Below are positions 1 through 10,972 of a stretch of DNA of 64,000 nt, in pieces (position 1 is the first letter of the stretch; each line of letters opens with the position of its first letter). Below the pieces are notes generated by a model. The model did no database searches and was not told where the DNA came from. It was given only the letters and a program-made list of their open reading frames with translations. The position numbers were made by a program, and so were the translations under genes. Origin of the DNA: Candidatus Magasanikbacteria bacterium CG10_big_fil_rev_8_21_14_0_10_47_10 (GTDB lineage Bacteria > Patescibacteriota > Patescibacteriia > Magasanikbacterales > UBA922); contig PFCB01000028.1 of assembly GCA_002773135.1 (NCBI GenBank), positions 4,203 to 68,202 on the forward strand. The letters run 5' to 3'.

Positions 1-303
1 CCCGCCTTTCCTCACGATGAGCGCGGCTGGTGGTCTTCAGACATCCATGGTGAAATAATGTTGTACGATGTAAACGATTTGGCGGCAGTTGCGCAAGGGA
101 CAAAATTACCGTATGAGCCGCAACCATACGCCCGTATCAACATTAATCAGTACTTGTTTGATCCGGGATTTGATTACGGCAGGTATAAAAAACAATCTCT
201 CGGTGCTGCCGCTTTTGATAGAGAACGTGGATATCTCTACGTCTTTGAAAGAATGGCTGACGAGGATGAAAAAAGTATTGTACATGTATTCGAAGTAAAA
301 TAA
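1..303 (+). CDS. C-terminal fragment (5' truncated by window edge) of secreted/membrane-anchored protein of unknown function; tandem paralogue of the next gene
   Basis: Frame-1 translation from position 1 (PAFPHDERGWWSSDIHGEIMLYDVNDLAAVAQGTKLPYEPQPYA...YLFDPGFDY...AAFDRERGYLYVFER...VHVFEVK) aligns residue-for-residue with the last ~100 aa of ORF 326..1786 (DFPFDQRGWWSEGIQAQMIFYNPADLAAVAQGKIGPHEPQPYA...YLIDPGFDF...APAFDREHGLIYLFER...VHVFAVQ). Confidence 0.6.
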   Translation, partial: PAFPHDERGWWSSDIHGEIMLYDVNDLAAVAQGTKLPYEPQPYARININQYLFDPGFDYGRYKKQSLGAAAFDRERGYLYVFERMADEDEKSIVHVFEVK

Positions 304-325
304 ATTTTCTTTTCCCACATATATT

Positions 326-1786
326 ATGCCGGATGAAACCCCAACAAAAGATCAAATGTCTCAAATTCCGCCATCGGAACCGCCTCGATCAAGGAAGTCG
401 GCACTGTTGATTGGTGGACTTATCATAATTGTCCTGATTGGCATTGGTACATTCGCTTACCTGAAAACCACGTCTCAGAATGCTCCACTCATTTATGTTC
501 CAATCAATGATACCCTGCGAACGGGTGGACAGGCGGATTCCGCCCTATCACCTCCTATTGATCCGAGCACATTGCCATCCGAGCTGATTACGCCATCGGA
601 TATTGTATATAAAGGCGCCTTTCGACTGCCGGAACCGTCCGGGGGCTCCGGCTGGGGCTGGAGTGGCTATGCGGCCACGTTCTATCCTGCCGGTGATTCT
701 ACCGGACCGAACGATGGATATCCCGGCTCGTTGTTTGCCACTGGCCACGATTACCAGCAAATGGTTTCTGAAATCAGCATTCCGGTACCCGTTATAAGCA
801 AAAATCTTGAAGATTTGAATACAGCAACCACAATTCAACCGTTTGCTGAAATCCGCGGGAAACTTTTTGGCGAGCAGGAGATCCCTCGCGCAGGACTTGC
901 GTACCTGCCTCCCCAGGCAGGGCACACAACAGGCAAGCTCTATTTTTCATGGGGTCAGCACTTTGAGGACGGTTCACCCACGCACGGATGGAGCGAGCTG
1001 AACCTTGCGAACCCCGAGCCGGCAGGGGCATGGTATGTTGATGGCTTTACCAGCTACGCAACCAACGACTACCTGTTTGAAATTCCGTCAGACTGGGCTG
1101 ACACGTATGTGCAGGGCCGCAGACTTGGTACCGGACGCTTCCGAGATGGCAACTGGTCCGGCCGAGGACCCGCGCTATTTGCTATTGGACCATGGCAACA
1201 TGGCAATCCGCCAAAGCCAAACACCACCATTGACGCGACCCCACTGCTCTTATACGGCATTCAAGAACCCGGGAACCCGGAGATAGTGAATGACCCTGAG
1301 ATGGAAATGAAAAACTTCAGTGAATCGGATGAATGGAGCGGAGCTGAATGGCTGACAAAGGGAGATACGGCGGCGCTGGTTTTTTTCGGGACAAAAGCGC
1401 TTGGTGAAACATGGTATGGATTTGGCAATGGCGTGGTCTACCCAACTAGTGGAGACGAAGATGAAGTCTATCCGGACGTGCCGGATTTTCCATTTGACCA
1501 ACGAGGGTGGTGGAGCGAAGGAATTCAAGCGCAAATGATTTTTTATAACCCGGCTGATTTGGCCGCTGTCGCGCAAGGAAAAATTGGTCCGCATGAACCG
1601 CAGCCATATGCCACACTCAATCTTGACCCATATCTGATCGATCCGGGTTTTGATTTTGTCCGCGAAAAACGATACATCCTGGGCGCTCCTGCGTTTGACC
1701 GCGAGCACGGTCTTATCTATCTGTTTGAGCGCAGAGCGGATAGTGAAGATGACCTCAGCGTCGTGCACGTATTTGCCGTGCAATAA
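326..1786 (+). CDS. Hypothetical exported protein with N-terminal TM anchor (LLIGGLIIIVLIGIGTFAYL), Pro/Ser-rich linker, Trp/Gly-rich body; unknown family
   Basis: 486-aa ORF; single N-terminal hydrophobic helix after a charged Pro-rich leader; C-terminal ~100 aa duplicated in the upstream partial ORF. Confidence 0.55.
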   Translation: MPDETPTKDQMSQIPPSEPPRSRKSALLIGGLIIIVLIGIGTFAYLKTTSQNAPLIYVPINDTLRTGGQADSALSPPIDPSTLPSELITPSDIVYKGAFRLPEPSGGSGWGWSGYAATFYPAGDSTGPNDGYPGSLFATGHDYQQMVSEISIPVPVISKNLEDLNTATTIQPFAEIRGKLFGEQEIPRAGLAYLPPQAGHTTGKLYFSWGQHFEDGSPTHGWSELNLANPEPAGAWYVDGFTSYATNDYLFEIPSDWADTYVQGRRLGTGRFRDGNWSGRGPALFAIGPWQHGNPPKPNTTIDATPLLLYGIQEPGNPEIVNDPEMEMKNFSESDEWSGAEWLTKGDTAALVFFGTKALGETWYGFGNGVVYPTSGDEDEVYPDVPDFPFDQRGWWSEGIQAQMIFYNPADLAAVAQGKIGPHEPQPYATLNLDPYLIDPGFDFVREKRYILGAPAFDREHGLIYLFERRADSEDDLSVVHVFAVQ

Positions 1787-1812
1787 ATGCGTGTAATAAC
1801 GCGAAGGGCGTG

Positions 1813-1886
1813 TATCAGGGGGGAGATTCGAACTCCCGACCTCAGGGTTATGAATCCTGTGCTCTCACCAACTGAGCTACCCTGAC
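1813..1886 (-). tRNA. tRNA with CAU anticodon (elongator Met or lysidine-Ile2 type)
   Basis: Reverse complement reads GTCAGGG-TA-GCTC-AGTTGGTGA-GAGC-A-CAGGA-TTCATAA-CCCTG-AGGTC-GGGAG-TTCGAAT-CTCCC-CCCTGAT-A. Cloverleaf with 7-bp acceptor (G1.U72 wobble), D-arm GCTC/GAGC, T-arm GGGAG/CTCCC with TTCGAAT loop, anticodon loop TTCATAA. C11:G24 and only two G-C pairs in the anticodon stem argue against initiator type. No encoded CCA. Confidence 0.8.
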
Positions 1887-1948
1887 ATGACGACTAGCAT
1901 ATCTGAAAAAAACGTCATTGTCAATCAGTTTGCAGCCGGCTCAGGTTG

Positions 1949-3739
1949 TTATCTGGCCGGCGGAACATTGTAATATTTGAGGATAAATGACGCAACCTGC
2001 GAGAACACCGGCGCTGCGGTTGACACGGAAAACGCGCGCTGCGGTTTTTCAAATTTTACAATCATGACAAACGCCGGTTCATCAACAGGAGCAAACCCGA
2101 CAAACGAATGATTGGTATCTTCAGAATATCCACCGGGGCCGGCAATTTGTGCGGTACCCGTTTTGCCGGCGACATAGTATCCCGGCACAGCCGCGGCACC
2201 GGCCTGCCCGCTATCGATAACACTTACCAACATTCCGGCAACGAGTGACGCCGCCCGACCGGACAAAACCTCTCTCACCACCTCCGGCTTTGTTCGCTCT
2301 ATTTTCCCCTGTTTTTGGCCCTCTTTGTATCGTATTTCCTCTACAATATACGGCTTCATCAACTTGCCACCATTTGCTATAGCGCCAAAGGCGGTAACCA
2401 TTTGCAGCGGCGTCACCGTAATTCCTTGCCCAAAAGACGCGGTCGCGGTATAGCAGTCAATGTCATTGCCCTTTTTTTCATAGAGCGTGTCTATCGTGCC
2501 ACTGCCCTCCGTATCCAATCCAATCCCCTTTTTGACGCCAAACCCAAAATTCTGAATGTACTCAACAAATTTTTCCTTGCCAAGCTGATTGACCACATAC
2601 ACCATGCCCGTGTTAATGGAATTTTCGAGCACGCCGGTCATGGTTTGATCACCATATTCTTTTTCACTTGAGTTACGAATCGGTTTTGTACAGCCGGCCT
2701 CGACAAAACCATTATCATGAAACACAGATCCGGGCTGAACGATATTTTCATTAATTGCCGCAGACATGGCGACCGGTTTAAACACCGAGCCCGGTTCGTA
2801 CGCGGTAAAAATTGACGTGTTATTAAAAACGTCTATGCTCTCCGCTTCGTTGTATTGATTTGGGTTAAAATCCGGCAAACTGCACATGGCTAAAATGGCC
2901 CCGGTGTACGGCTCCATCACAATTAAACTCGCACTTTGCGCCCCGTACTCATCCATCGCCTTGCGCAATATTTCACAGCTCTGAAATTGTATGGTTCGAT
3001 CAATGGTCAGCAAAAGATCAGCACCATCTTCGGCCTCTTGAAAAATTCGACCGGCCAGAGGAATTTGTTTCCCCTTCGCGCTTCTGATGCCTTCAAAAAA
3101 ACCACCCGTCCCGGCCAGCTCTCGCTGCCAGTACCCCTCCAGCCCGTAGCGGCCGACATCAGTACCCTCATCCGTTTTGCCGACAAAACCCATCACTTGA
3201 GACGCAAGCCGACCCTCGGGATAGTACCGCTGCGGCTTGCGTATAAAATGAATACCGGGCAACTGTTTGTCTTCAATCGTCTTCATGATGTCTTCTTCCA
3301 AAGATTGCTCTATCGGTTCATAGGGATCACCCCTCTTATTCAGCTGCAGATAAACCGCCAATTTTTTTTCATCGTCATACCCGAGGATACCCGACAGTTC
3401 GCTCGCGTTTCGCTCCGCTTGCGTGTCCGCGGTAATTTCGCGCGTGTCAGCGTACATGATAAAGACATCCCTGTTCATTGCCAGTGGAAACTCTTCCGCG
3501 GTTCGTGTATCCTGCGCGAATACCGTCCCCCGTTTGGGAAACAACTCGGCGTACAGCTCGTGCGCGCCGGACGCCAGCTGTACATAGAACGCGTGGTTCA
3601 AAATCATAAGGTCAAAAAGCCGAACAACGATAACACAAGCAAACACGACCAGCGCAAGTCCTATTGACCGCAGACGTGCCACCGACTGGTCGGGAGCCGA
3701 CGCGCGATTTGATGCATTATTCTTCTTTGAGAGGATCAT
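1949..3739 (-). CDS. Class B penicillin-binding protein (PBP2/FtsI-type peptidoglycan D,D-transpeptidase)
   Basis: 596 aa; N-terminal TM anchor; transpeptidase motifs SVFKP (SxxK), NSINTG (SxN) and AGKTGTA (KTG). Confidence 0.85.
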   Translation of the reverse strand: MILSKKNNASNRASAPDQSVARLRSIGLALVVFACVIVVRLFDLMILNHAFYVQLASGAHELYAELFPKRGTVFAQDTRTAEEFPLAMNRDVFIMYADTREITADTQAERNASELSGILGYDDEKKLAVYLQLNKRGDPYEPIEQSLEEDIMKTIEDKQLPGIHFIRKPQRYYPEGRLASQVMGFVGKTDEGTDVGRYGLEGYWQRELAGTGGFFEGIRSAKGKQIPLAGRIFQEAEDGADLLLTIDRTIQFQSCEILRKAMDEYGAQSASLIVMEPYTGAILAMCSLPDFNPNQYNEAESIDVFNNTSIFTAYEPGSVFKPVAMSAAINENIVQPGSVFHDNGFVEAGCTKPIRNSSEKEYGDQTMTGVLENSINTGMVYVVNQLGKEKFVEYIQNFGFGVKKGIGLDTEGSGTIDTLYEKKGNDIDCYTATASFGQGITVTPLQMVTAFGAIANGGKLMKPYIVEEIRYKEGQKQGKIERTKPEVVREVLSGRAASLVAGMLVSVIDSGQAGAAAVPGYYVAGKTGTAQIAGPGGYSEDTNHSFVGFAPVDEPAFVMIVKFEKPQRAFSVSTAAPVFSQVASFILKYYNVPPAR

Positions 3740-3791
3740 AACTCCAGTAGTTTATCATCTTTCCGCGTCCTGCTCAATCGCTTTCTTCGCT

Positions 3792-3820
3792 TTGACCAAT
3801 GGCGAAACTATTGCTACAAT
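3792..3820 (+). promoter_or_regulatory. Sigma70-like promoter for folD (TTGACC -35, 17-nt spacer, extended TGCTACAAT -10); RBS GGAG 5 nt before ATG
   Basis: TTGACC at 3792-3797, TACAAT at 3815-3820 preceded by TGC; divergent intergenic region between the PBP gene and folD. Confidence 0.5.
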
Positions 3821-3831
3821 AGCGGAGCCCT

Positions 3832-4701
3832 ATGACAAAATTGATCGATGGAAAACGCATTGCCTCTCTTATCTTGGCCAAGACCAAGGCCGCGGTGGAG
3901 CAGCTCGCTCTTGCCGGTGAAGTACCCAAATTGGCGGTTGTTTTGGTTGGTGAAGATAAGCCATCTCAAACCTATGTGGGCAGAAAGGGAAAAGCCGCTG
4001 AAAAAGTTGGCATGGCATTCTCGCTCCATACCCTTCCTTCTACTACAACCACCGAGGAGCTCCTCGCGCGCCTTACCGCCATTCAGAGCGATGCTTTGCT
4101 GTCCGGCCTTATCGTGCAACTTCCGCTTCCAAAGCACATTGATACCGGTACGGTCATCAACATGATTCGTCCGGAGGTTGATGTTGACTGCCTGACCGAC
4201 GTAAATCTTGGAAAGATTGTCATGCAAACCAACCATATGGTTCCCCCAACGCCGGGGGCGGTGATGTCTGTACTGCATCATCTGAATGTTGATTTGGTGG
4301 GAAAACGTGTCACCATTGTTGGCACCGGTCCGCTTGTTGGCAAGCCACTTGCCATTATGATGATGAATGAAAGCGCCAGTGTGCGAACCTGTAACAGCAA
4401 AACGCCGGACACGAAAGAACGGTGTTTAGACGCCGATATCATTGTCACGGGAGTCGGCAAAAAACACTTGATCAGAGGTGACATGGTTTCACCCGGAGCC
4501 ATTGTTATCGATACGGGTGTTGATTTTGACGCGGGAAAGATGTATGGAGACGTACATGTGGAAGAAGTAGAACGTGTCGCCGGCGCGGTCACACCGACCC
4601 CTGGCGGTATCGGACCGATCACTGTCGCCCGGCTGTTATGGAATACGGTACTTTGCGAAGAAAGAAAAAGGTTCCGCGAAAAAAAGCAGATCATACAATA
4701 A
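3832..4701 (+). CDS. folD: Bifunctional methylenetetrahydrofolate dehydrogenase/methenyl-THF cyclohydrolase
   Basis: 289 aa; N-terminus MTKLIDGKRIA...KLAVVLVGEDKPSQTYVGRKGKAAEKVGM typical of FolD; Rossmann GTGPLVGKP. Confidence 0.9.
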   Translation: MTKLIDGKRIASLILAKTKAAVEQLALAGEVPKLAVVLVGEDKPSQTYVGRKGKAAEKVGMAFSLHTLPSTTTTEELLARLTAIQSDALLSGLIVQLPLPKHIDTGTVINMIRPEVDVDCLTDVNLGKIVMQTNHMVPPTPGAVMSVLHHLNVDLVGKRVTIVGTGPLVGKPLAIMMMNESASVRTCNSKTPDTKERCLDADIIVTGVGKKHLIRGDMVSPGAIVIDTGVDFDAGKMYGDVHVEEVERVAGAVTPTPGGIGPITVARLLWNTVLCEERKRFREKKQIIQ

Positions 4702-4766
4702 AGAAACACGTCCTATTTGGTGAAAAATCTCAAACAGCAGCCTGTCGTGCGAAGATATATAGTTAA

Positions 4767-6086
<1,320 letters not shown>

Positions 6087-6092
6087 TAGCGG

Positions 6093-8462
6093 ATGGGTAC
6101 TAACAATATGAAATCAGGTATGGCGCATACGGTGGATACAATTGACGTCCTATCGCTTGACGATGCGCAGTTACAACGCAAATTTTTGGATTACAAAATT
6201 CAGCTCACGCGCGATGAAGCGGAAAAAATTCAACGCCATATCCTCAACCGCCCGCCAACAGTAACTGAGCTGATTTTATGGTCTATACAGGGTTCTGAAC
6301 ATTGTTCCTATAAAAGTACGCGACACCTTTTGAAACAATTTGTAACCGATGGACCCAATGTCATTTTGGGACCTGGCGAGGATGCAGGAATTGTTGAAAT
6401 TTCGCGCGATACCAGCGGACAAAAGTATGGTATTGTCATGAGTCATGAATCTCACAATCACCCATCGCAGATTGTCCCATATGAAGGAGCCGCGACCGGC
6501 ATTGGGGGGAATGTCCGTGACGTCGCCTGCATGGGTGCAAAGGTCATTGCGTGCGCGGATTCACTGCGCTTTGGAGCGCTCAACAACCCCAAAACCGGGT
6601 GGATTCACGAAGGCGTGATCGCCGGTATTGCCGGGTATGGCAATCCCATTGGTGTACCAAATATTGCCGGCGACGCGTATTATGACGAAAGCTACAATGA
6701 AAACTGCCTCGTCAACGTCGTAACGCTCGGTGTTTTGGGTGAACATGATATTATCCACTCGCGCGCGCCTGAGCATGCCGATGGCTTTGATATCATCCTT
6801 GTTGGTAAACCAACGGACAACAGCGGATTTGGCGGCGCGAGTTTTGCCTCTGTCGAACTTGCGGACGATAAAAAAGATCAAAACAAAGGAGCTGTTCAAG
6901 AGCCAAATGCTTTTTTGAAACGGCACCTGTTGAAAGCAACATACGGACTTTTTGAGTTGTTGAAAGAAAAAAATCTTATACACGCGGTTGGTTTCAAAGA
7001 TCTTGGCGCCGGCGGCATTGCCTGCGCGGCAGTAGAGCTTGCGGATAGCGCGGGCATGGGTGCTATTATTAACCTGGATCAGGTCTTTGTTGGAATGAAT
7101 GATTTGGATCCAAGCGTTATCCTCTGCTCGGAAACGCAGGAGCGATTTATGTGGGTTGCGCCGCCGGATATCACCGATATTATTGTTAAGCACTACAACC
7201 ACACATTTTCTCTCCCCCACATTGCTAAAGGGGCAATGGCCAAAGTTATTGGGACAGTAACAGACAATCCAAAATTTATCGCAACGTACCAGGGGCAGTA
7301 TGTTGTTGACGCGCCGGCGCGTGCGGTAACAGCGGGACTCAAATACGAGCGCCCATTTCAGGCGCCGCAGAGAACCTATACAGAGCCGGACCGCCCAAAC
7401 ATGTCTGCCAAGCTTGATGATTTATTTTTGCAAGTTCTATCCCACCAGCACGTATCATCGCGTTCACCTATCTATGAAAGATATGATAAGCAGGTTCAAG
7501 GAATTACTGTTATTGAACCCGGACACGCTGATGCCGGCGTGATGCGACCGTTTCATGACCCACGCTGGCCGGCCGAAATCAAAAAAATCGGCATTGCGCT
7601 GTCTGTTGATCACAACCCACGCTATTGTAAAATCAGTCCGTACTGGGGCGCTGTCAATGCCGTGGCGGAAGCATGCCGCAATGTCGCAGCCGTTGGAGCG
7701 ACACCATGGGCGCTCACTGACTGCTTGAATTTTGGCAACCCGGAAAAACCCGATCAAATGTGGGAGTTTGTCGAAGCTGTTCGTGGTATTTCCGATGCAC
7801 AGCGCGGCATTCACATTAAAGATTATCTGACAGCACCCATACCAATTATTTCCGGGAATGTTTCCCTCTACAATGAATCCGGACAGGGCGCGATAGCCCC
7901 AAGTCCTGTTATCGCCTGCCTTGGTCGTTTACGCGACGTGTCCCGGGCTATCACCATGGCATTTAAGCAGCAGGATTCCGCTATTCTTCTTGTTGGCGAG
8001 CGAAAAGATGAATGTGGAGGCAGTGTTTACTACGACATCATTGGCGAACTTGGCGCCAATGTACCAAAACCGGTCCTGCGGGACGTTGAAGCGCAAATTT
8101 TTGCGCTGACAGATGCTATTTATCATGGATATGTTTTGGCCGCGCATGATATCTCGGATGGCGGCGTTGCCGCGTGCATTGCGGAGATGTGCTTTGACAA
8201 CATGATTGGAGTGAATGCGACGATTCCGGGCAGTCTTGATCCGGAAAAATTATTATTCGGTGAAAGCGGTGGTTTTGTGATACAAGTAAAAAAAGAACGC
8301 GTAACACGCGTGGAAGAAATTTTTCAAAACAGAGGCGCGCAGGTCGTTGTGATCGGAGAGACGACGGAAAGCGAACGCATTGAACTGAATGGCTGTATTG
8401 ATGTTTTACTTACAGACGCGCGCTACGCGTGGGACAACGGTCTGCGAAAAAAATTATTGTGA
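6093..8462 (+). CDS. purL: Phosphoribosylformylglycinamidine synthase subunit PurL (FGAM synthase II)
   Basis: 789 aa; duplicated PurM-like ATP-grasp/AIRS domains; motifs SHNHPS, EGAATGIGGNVRDV. Confidence 0.85.
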   Translation: MGTNNMKSGMAHTVDTIDVLSLDDAQLQRKFLDYKIQLTRDEAEKIQRHILNRPPTVTELILWSIQGSEHCSYKSTRHLLKQFVTDGPNVILGPGEDAGIVEISRDTSGQKYGIVMSHESHNHPSQIVPYEGAATGIGGNVRDVACMGAKVIACADSLRFGALNNPKTGWIHEGVIAGIAGYGNPIGVPNIAGDAYYDESYNENCLVNVVTLGVLGEHDIIHSRAPEHADGFDIILVGKPTDNSGFGGASFASVELADDKKDQNKGAVQEPNAFLKRHLLKATYGLFELLKEKNLIHAVGFKDLGAGGIACAAVELADSAGMGAIINLDQVFVGMNDLDPSVILCSETQERFMWVAPPDITDIIVKHYNHTFSLPHIAKGAMAKVIGTVTDNPKFIATYQGQYVVDAPARAVTAGLKYERPFQAPQRTYTEPDRPNMSAKLDDLFLQVLSHQHVSSRSPIYERYDKQVQGITVIEPGHADAGVMRPFHDPRWPAEIKKIGIALSVDHNPRYCKISPYWGAVNAVAEACRNVAAVGATPWALTDCLNFGNPEKPDQMWEFVEAVRGISDAQRGIHIKDYLTAPIPIISGNVSLYNESGQGAIAPSPVIACLGRLRDVSRAITMAFKQQDSAILLVGERKDECGGSVYYDIIGELGANVPKPVLRDVEAQIFALTDAIYHGYVLAAHDISDGGVAACIAEMCFDNMIGVNATIPGSLDPEKLLFGESGGFVIQVKKERVTRVEEIFQNRGAQVVVIGETTESERIELNGCIDVLLTDARYAWDNGLRKKLL

Positions 8463-8547
8463 TGCCTTTCCGTCTGTCGATCAAGTTGAGACGAAGGACT
8501 TCCATGACGCACCCCCTTTACCCACTCCTACGAAGCAAAGCCCCACT

Positions 8548-9255
8548 ATGTCAACAGACAGTCTCTCATTGATAAGAAAAGAGCTCATGCACTATGTGGA
8601 ACCAGCATACAAAGCCGGAGCCATTCTTTTTTTTAAGGAAAAAATCAACCCACTGGGTGTACGCACACCAATTGTTCGAAAAATTGCACGCATGTATTTC
8701 CCAAAGGAGGCAACCAAACAAGAAGTCTTTGCCTTATGCGAACAGTTACTTCAAAAAAAAACATATGAGGAGACGCTTATTGCTTTTGATTGGGCTGTCA
8801 AGCAAACTCATGAATTTGAAAAAAATGATTTTGCTCGGCTTGAGCGATGGTTAAAAACATATGTCAACAACTGGGCCTTTTGTGACGACTTTTGCACGCA
8901 CGCGTTTGGCGCGTTGATTACAAGATATCCGGAACTTTTATCGAAAACAAAAAAATGGCGTGTGTCCGAAAACAGATGGCTGCGCCGCGCGTCAGCCATC
9001 ATACTGATTCATCCAATGATGAAAAAAAAGAAAGAATTTTTGAAGGATGTGTTTGAAGCAGCGGACGCACTTCTTGTTGATGACGACGATTTGGTACAAA
9101 AAGGCTATGGTTGGATGCTAAAGATAGCAAGCAATTCGTACCCTGCAGATGTGTTTCAGTTTGTTATGAAACGAAAAAACACAATGCCACGAACCGCCTT
9201 GCGCTATGCTATTGAAAAATATCCAAAAGAAATGAAAAAATCTGCAATGAAGTAA
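8548..9255 (+). CDS. DNA alkylation repair protein (AlkC/AlkD-like HEAT-repeat glycosylase family, PF08713-like)
   Basis: Start placed at internal Met (MSTDSLSL) because the upstream part of ORF 8389.. overlaps purL; motif YVNNWAFCDDFCTHAFGALI resembles the NWDLVD signature of the family; ~235 aa. Confidence 0.55.
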   Translation: MSTDSLSLIRKELMHYVEPAYKAGAILFFKEKINPLGVRTPIVRKIARMYFPKEATKQEVFALCEQLLQKKTYEETLIAFDWAVKQTHEFEKNDFARLERWLKTYVNNWAFCDDFCTHAFGALITRYPELLSKTKKWRVSENRWLRRASAIILIHPMMKKKKEFLKDVFEAADALLVDDDDLVQKGYGWMLKIASNSYPADVFQFVMKRKNTMPRTALRYAIEKYPKEMKKSAMK

Positions 9256-9257
9256 AA

Positions 9258-9290
9258 CAAAACCCCGCCTCATCCGGAGGCGGGGTTTGT
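9258..9290. terminator. Bidirectional rho-independent terminator (CCCCGCCTC-ATCCG-GAGGCGGGG flanked by A-run and T-run)
   Basis: Perfect 9-bp GC-rich stem, A-tract 5' and TTTGT 3'; sits between convergent genes. Confidence 0.75.
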
Positions 9291-9360
9291 GCCCATAGTA
9301 CACCTGTTTCTATCACGGTTGTGTGATGGAGACAGGTGTTACCATGGGCAACTCCTTTTG

Positions 9361-9849
9361 TTAGCCATCGTCAGAATCGTCTGAGTCCGCCGAGTCAAGC
9401 GTTTCGAGCCCTATATCCTCGGGCAAATCCGCCGCGCACCTCACCTGCTCGATCTTGTCGGAAATCATCCGCGCGGCCTGAAGCAGCATATGCGCGGTCA
9501 ACTCGCCGGCGATTTCATTCTCCAGGCGATATGACCCGGCGGCACACCGGATGATCCGAAATGTTTCTACACCTCCCTTGAGCGGGTTGACAATCCTGAG
9601 AATCGCGCGATCAAGCAAGTTGATCGGCTCGATAATGTGGCTCACTCGGTCGGCAAGGTCTGCCTTTCCAAGGCTCCGCAGACTTGCGGCAGCGCACAGC
9701 GTCAGCGCGGATCCGACATTGGCCAGCGCGATCATCACGCCTGGACCTACATCGCCAACCCATGCTGCCCTACTGGCCCATCTGCTACTATATCCGACAG
9801 AGTATGAAACACCGTCGCGCGTCCTCATCTGAACGATAAAATTGGCCAT
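9361..9849 (-). CDS. Hypothetical protein with acidic C-terminal tail (DSADSDDSDDG); noticeably GC-richer than neighbours
   Basis: Start placed at MANFIVQM (9849) so that it does not overlap the divergent purM start; no recognisable family from sequence alone. Confidence 0.4.
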   Translation of the reverse strand: MANFIVQMRTRDGVSYSVGYSSRWASRAAWVGDVGPGVMIALANVGSALTLCAAASLRSLGKADLADRVSHIIEPINLLDRAILRIVNPLKGGVETFRIIRCAAGSYRLENEIAGELTAHMLLQAARMISDKIEQVRCAADLPEDIGLETLDSADSDDSDDG

Positions 9850-9892
9850 TTCATTCCCCCCTTTGATTATACTTAAGCACTCCACACGCTAT

Positions 9893-10891
9893 ATGTCAAT
9901 GACGTATCAATCAGCCGGAGTCGATATCGTGGCCGGCAACCAGGTTGTCGATAATATAAAGAAACGCGTGGCGGATACGTTTTCACCCCATGTGATGACC
10001 GGCCTTGGCGCCTTTGGCGCGCTCTTTGATATTAAGGCCGCGCTCGCCCCGTACCGCTCCCCTGTTCTGGTCCAAAGTGTGGATGGTGTTGGAACAAAAC
10101 TAACCGTCGCGAAAATGATGAACCGTTTTGACACGATTGGACATGATATTGTTGCCAACTGCTGCGGTGACATTGTCGCCATGGGCGCACGCCCTCTGAC
10201 ATTTTTGGATTACGTTGCACACGAGCGACTGGACGTTGAAATCATGGACAGTATTATGAATGGCATGATTGACGCCTGTATTGAATGTGGTGTTTCTCTT
10301 GTGGGTGGTGAAACGGCGGAAATGCCCGGAACCTACACCACTGGCGAGCATGACATTGTTGGATGTGTGACCGGGGTTGTCGAGCGTGACAATATTATTA
10401 ATGGATCAGCGATACAAGCGGGTGATGTTATCATTGGCCTCTCGTCAAGTGGCCTCCATACAAATGGATATTCTCTTGCCAGAAAAATATTATTTGATGG
10501 TGCCGGCCTTGGCGTTCACTCGCGAGTAGATGGACTCGATAATTCAATCGGTGAGGAACTACTCAAACCGCATATCAACTACACGCGACCGGTTCTTGCT
10601 CTATTGGATGCCGGCATACATATAAAGGGTATCGCGCATATCACCGGAGGCGGCCTGATAGAAAATATCCCCCGCGTTCTTCCAAAGGGTATGCGCGCAA
10701 AAATATGCAAGGGGAGCTGGCCTATCCCCCCCCTCTTTCATCTGTTGGAAAAAATTGGTAAGGTAGAACCCCGTGAGATGTATAGAACCTTTAATATGGG
10801 CATCGGCATGGTGCTGATCTGTGACCCAGCAGATGCAGCATCTATTTTGCGTCAGATAAACGCGTACCGTATTGGAGATATTGTCAGGTAA
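9893..10891 (+). CDS. purM: Phosphoribosylformylglycinamidine cyclo-ligase (AIR synthetase)
   Basis: N-terminus MSMTYQSAGVDIVAGN..., PurM-family body (GLGAFGALFD, VGGETAEMPG, HITGGGL). Confidence 0.9.
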   Translation: MSMTYQSAGVDIVAGNQVVDNIKKRVADTFSPHVMTGLGAFGALFDIKAALAPYRSPVLVQSVDGVGTKLTVAKMMNRFDTIGHDIVANCCGDIVAMGARPLTFLDYVAHERLDVEIMDSIMNGMIDACIECGVSLVGGETAEMPGTYTTGEHDIVGCVTGVVERDNIINGSAIQAGDVIIGLSSSGLHTNGYSLARKILFDGAGLGVHSRVDGLDNSIGEELLKPHINYTRPVLALLDAGIHIKGIAHITGGGLIENIPRVLPKGMRAKICKGSWPIPPLFHLLEKIGKVEPREMYRTFNMGIGMVLICDPADAASILRQINAYRIGDIVR

Positions 10892-10972
10892 AAGCAGCTG
10901 GTCCCTTGCCTTCAAAAAATATTCGTAATTTCGTACAATTCCTGCCGGCAGGCAGGCGTAGTTCGTACATAT

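Noticed and set aside
1250-1783. 177-aa minus-strand ORF inside the 486-aa secreted-protein gene
   Set aside because: Fully embedded antisense ORF without start signals; the plus-strand gene has a paralogue supporting it.
1813-1886. Initiator tRNA-fMet assignment
   Set aside because: Although the loop has CAUAACC, position 11:24 is C:G (elongator-like), the anticodon stem has only two G-C pairs plus an A-C, and 1:72 is G-U rather than the C-A type mismatch; left as CAU-anticodon elongator/Ile2 type.
1933-1962. Hairpin CAGCCGGC...GCCGGCGG near the PBP stop
   Set aside because: Lies partly inside the PBP coding region, long loop, no T-run; not convincing as a terminator.
8389-8547. N-terminal extension of the alkylation-repair ORF overlapping the purL 3' end
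   Set aside because: Overlaps purL coding sequence in another frame for 74 nt and has no family similarity; internal Met at 8548 is a more plausible start.
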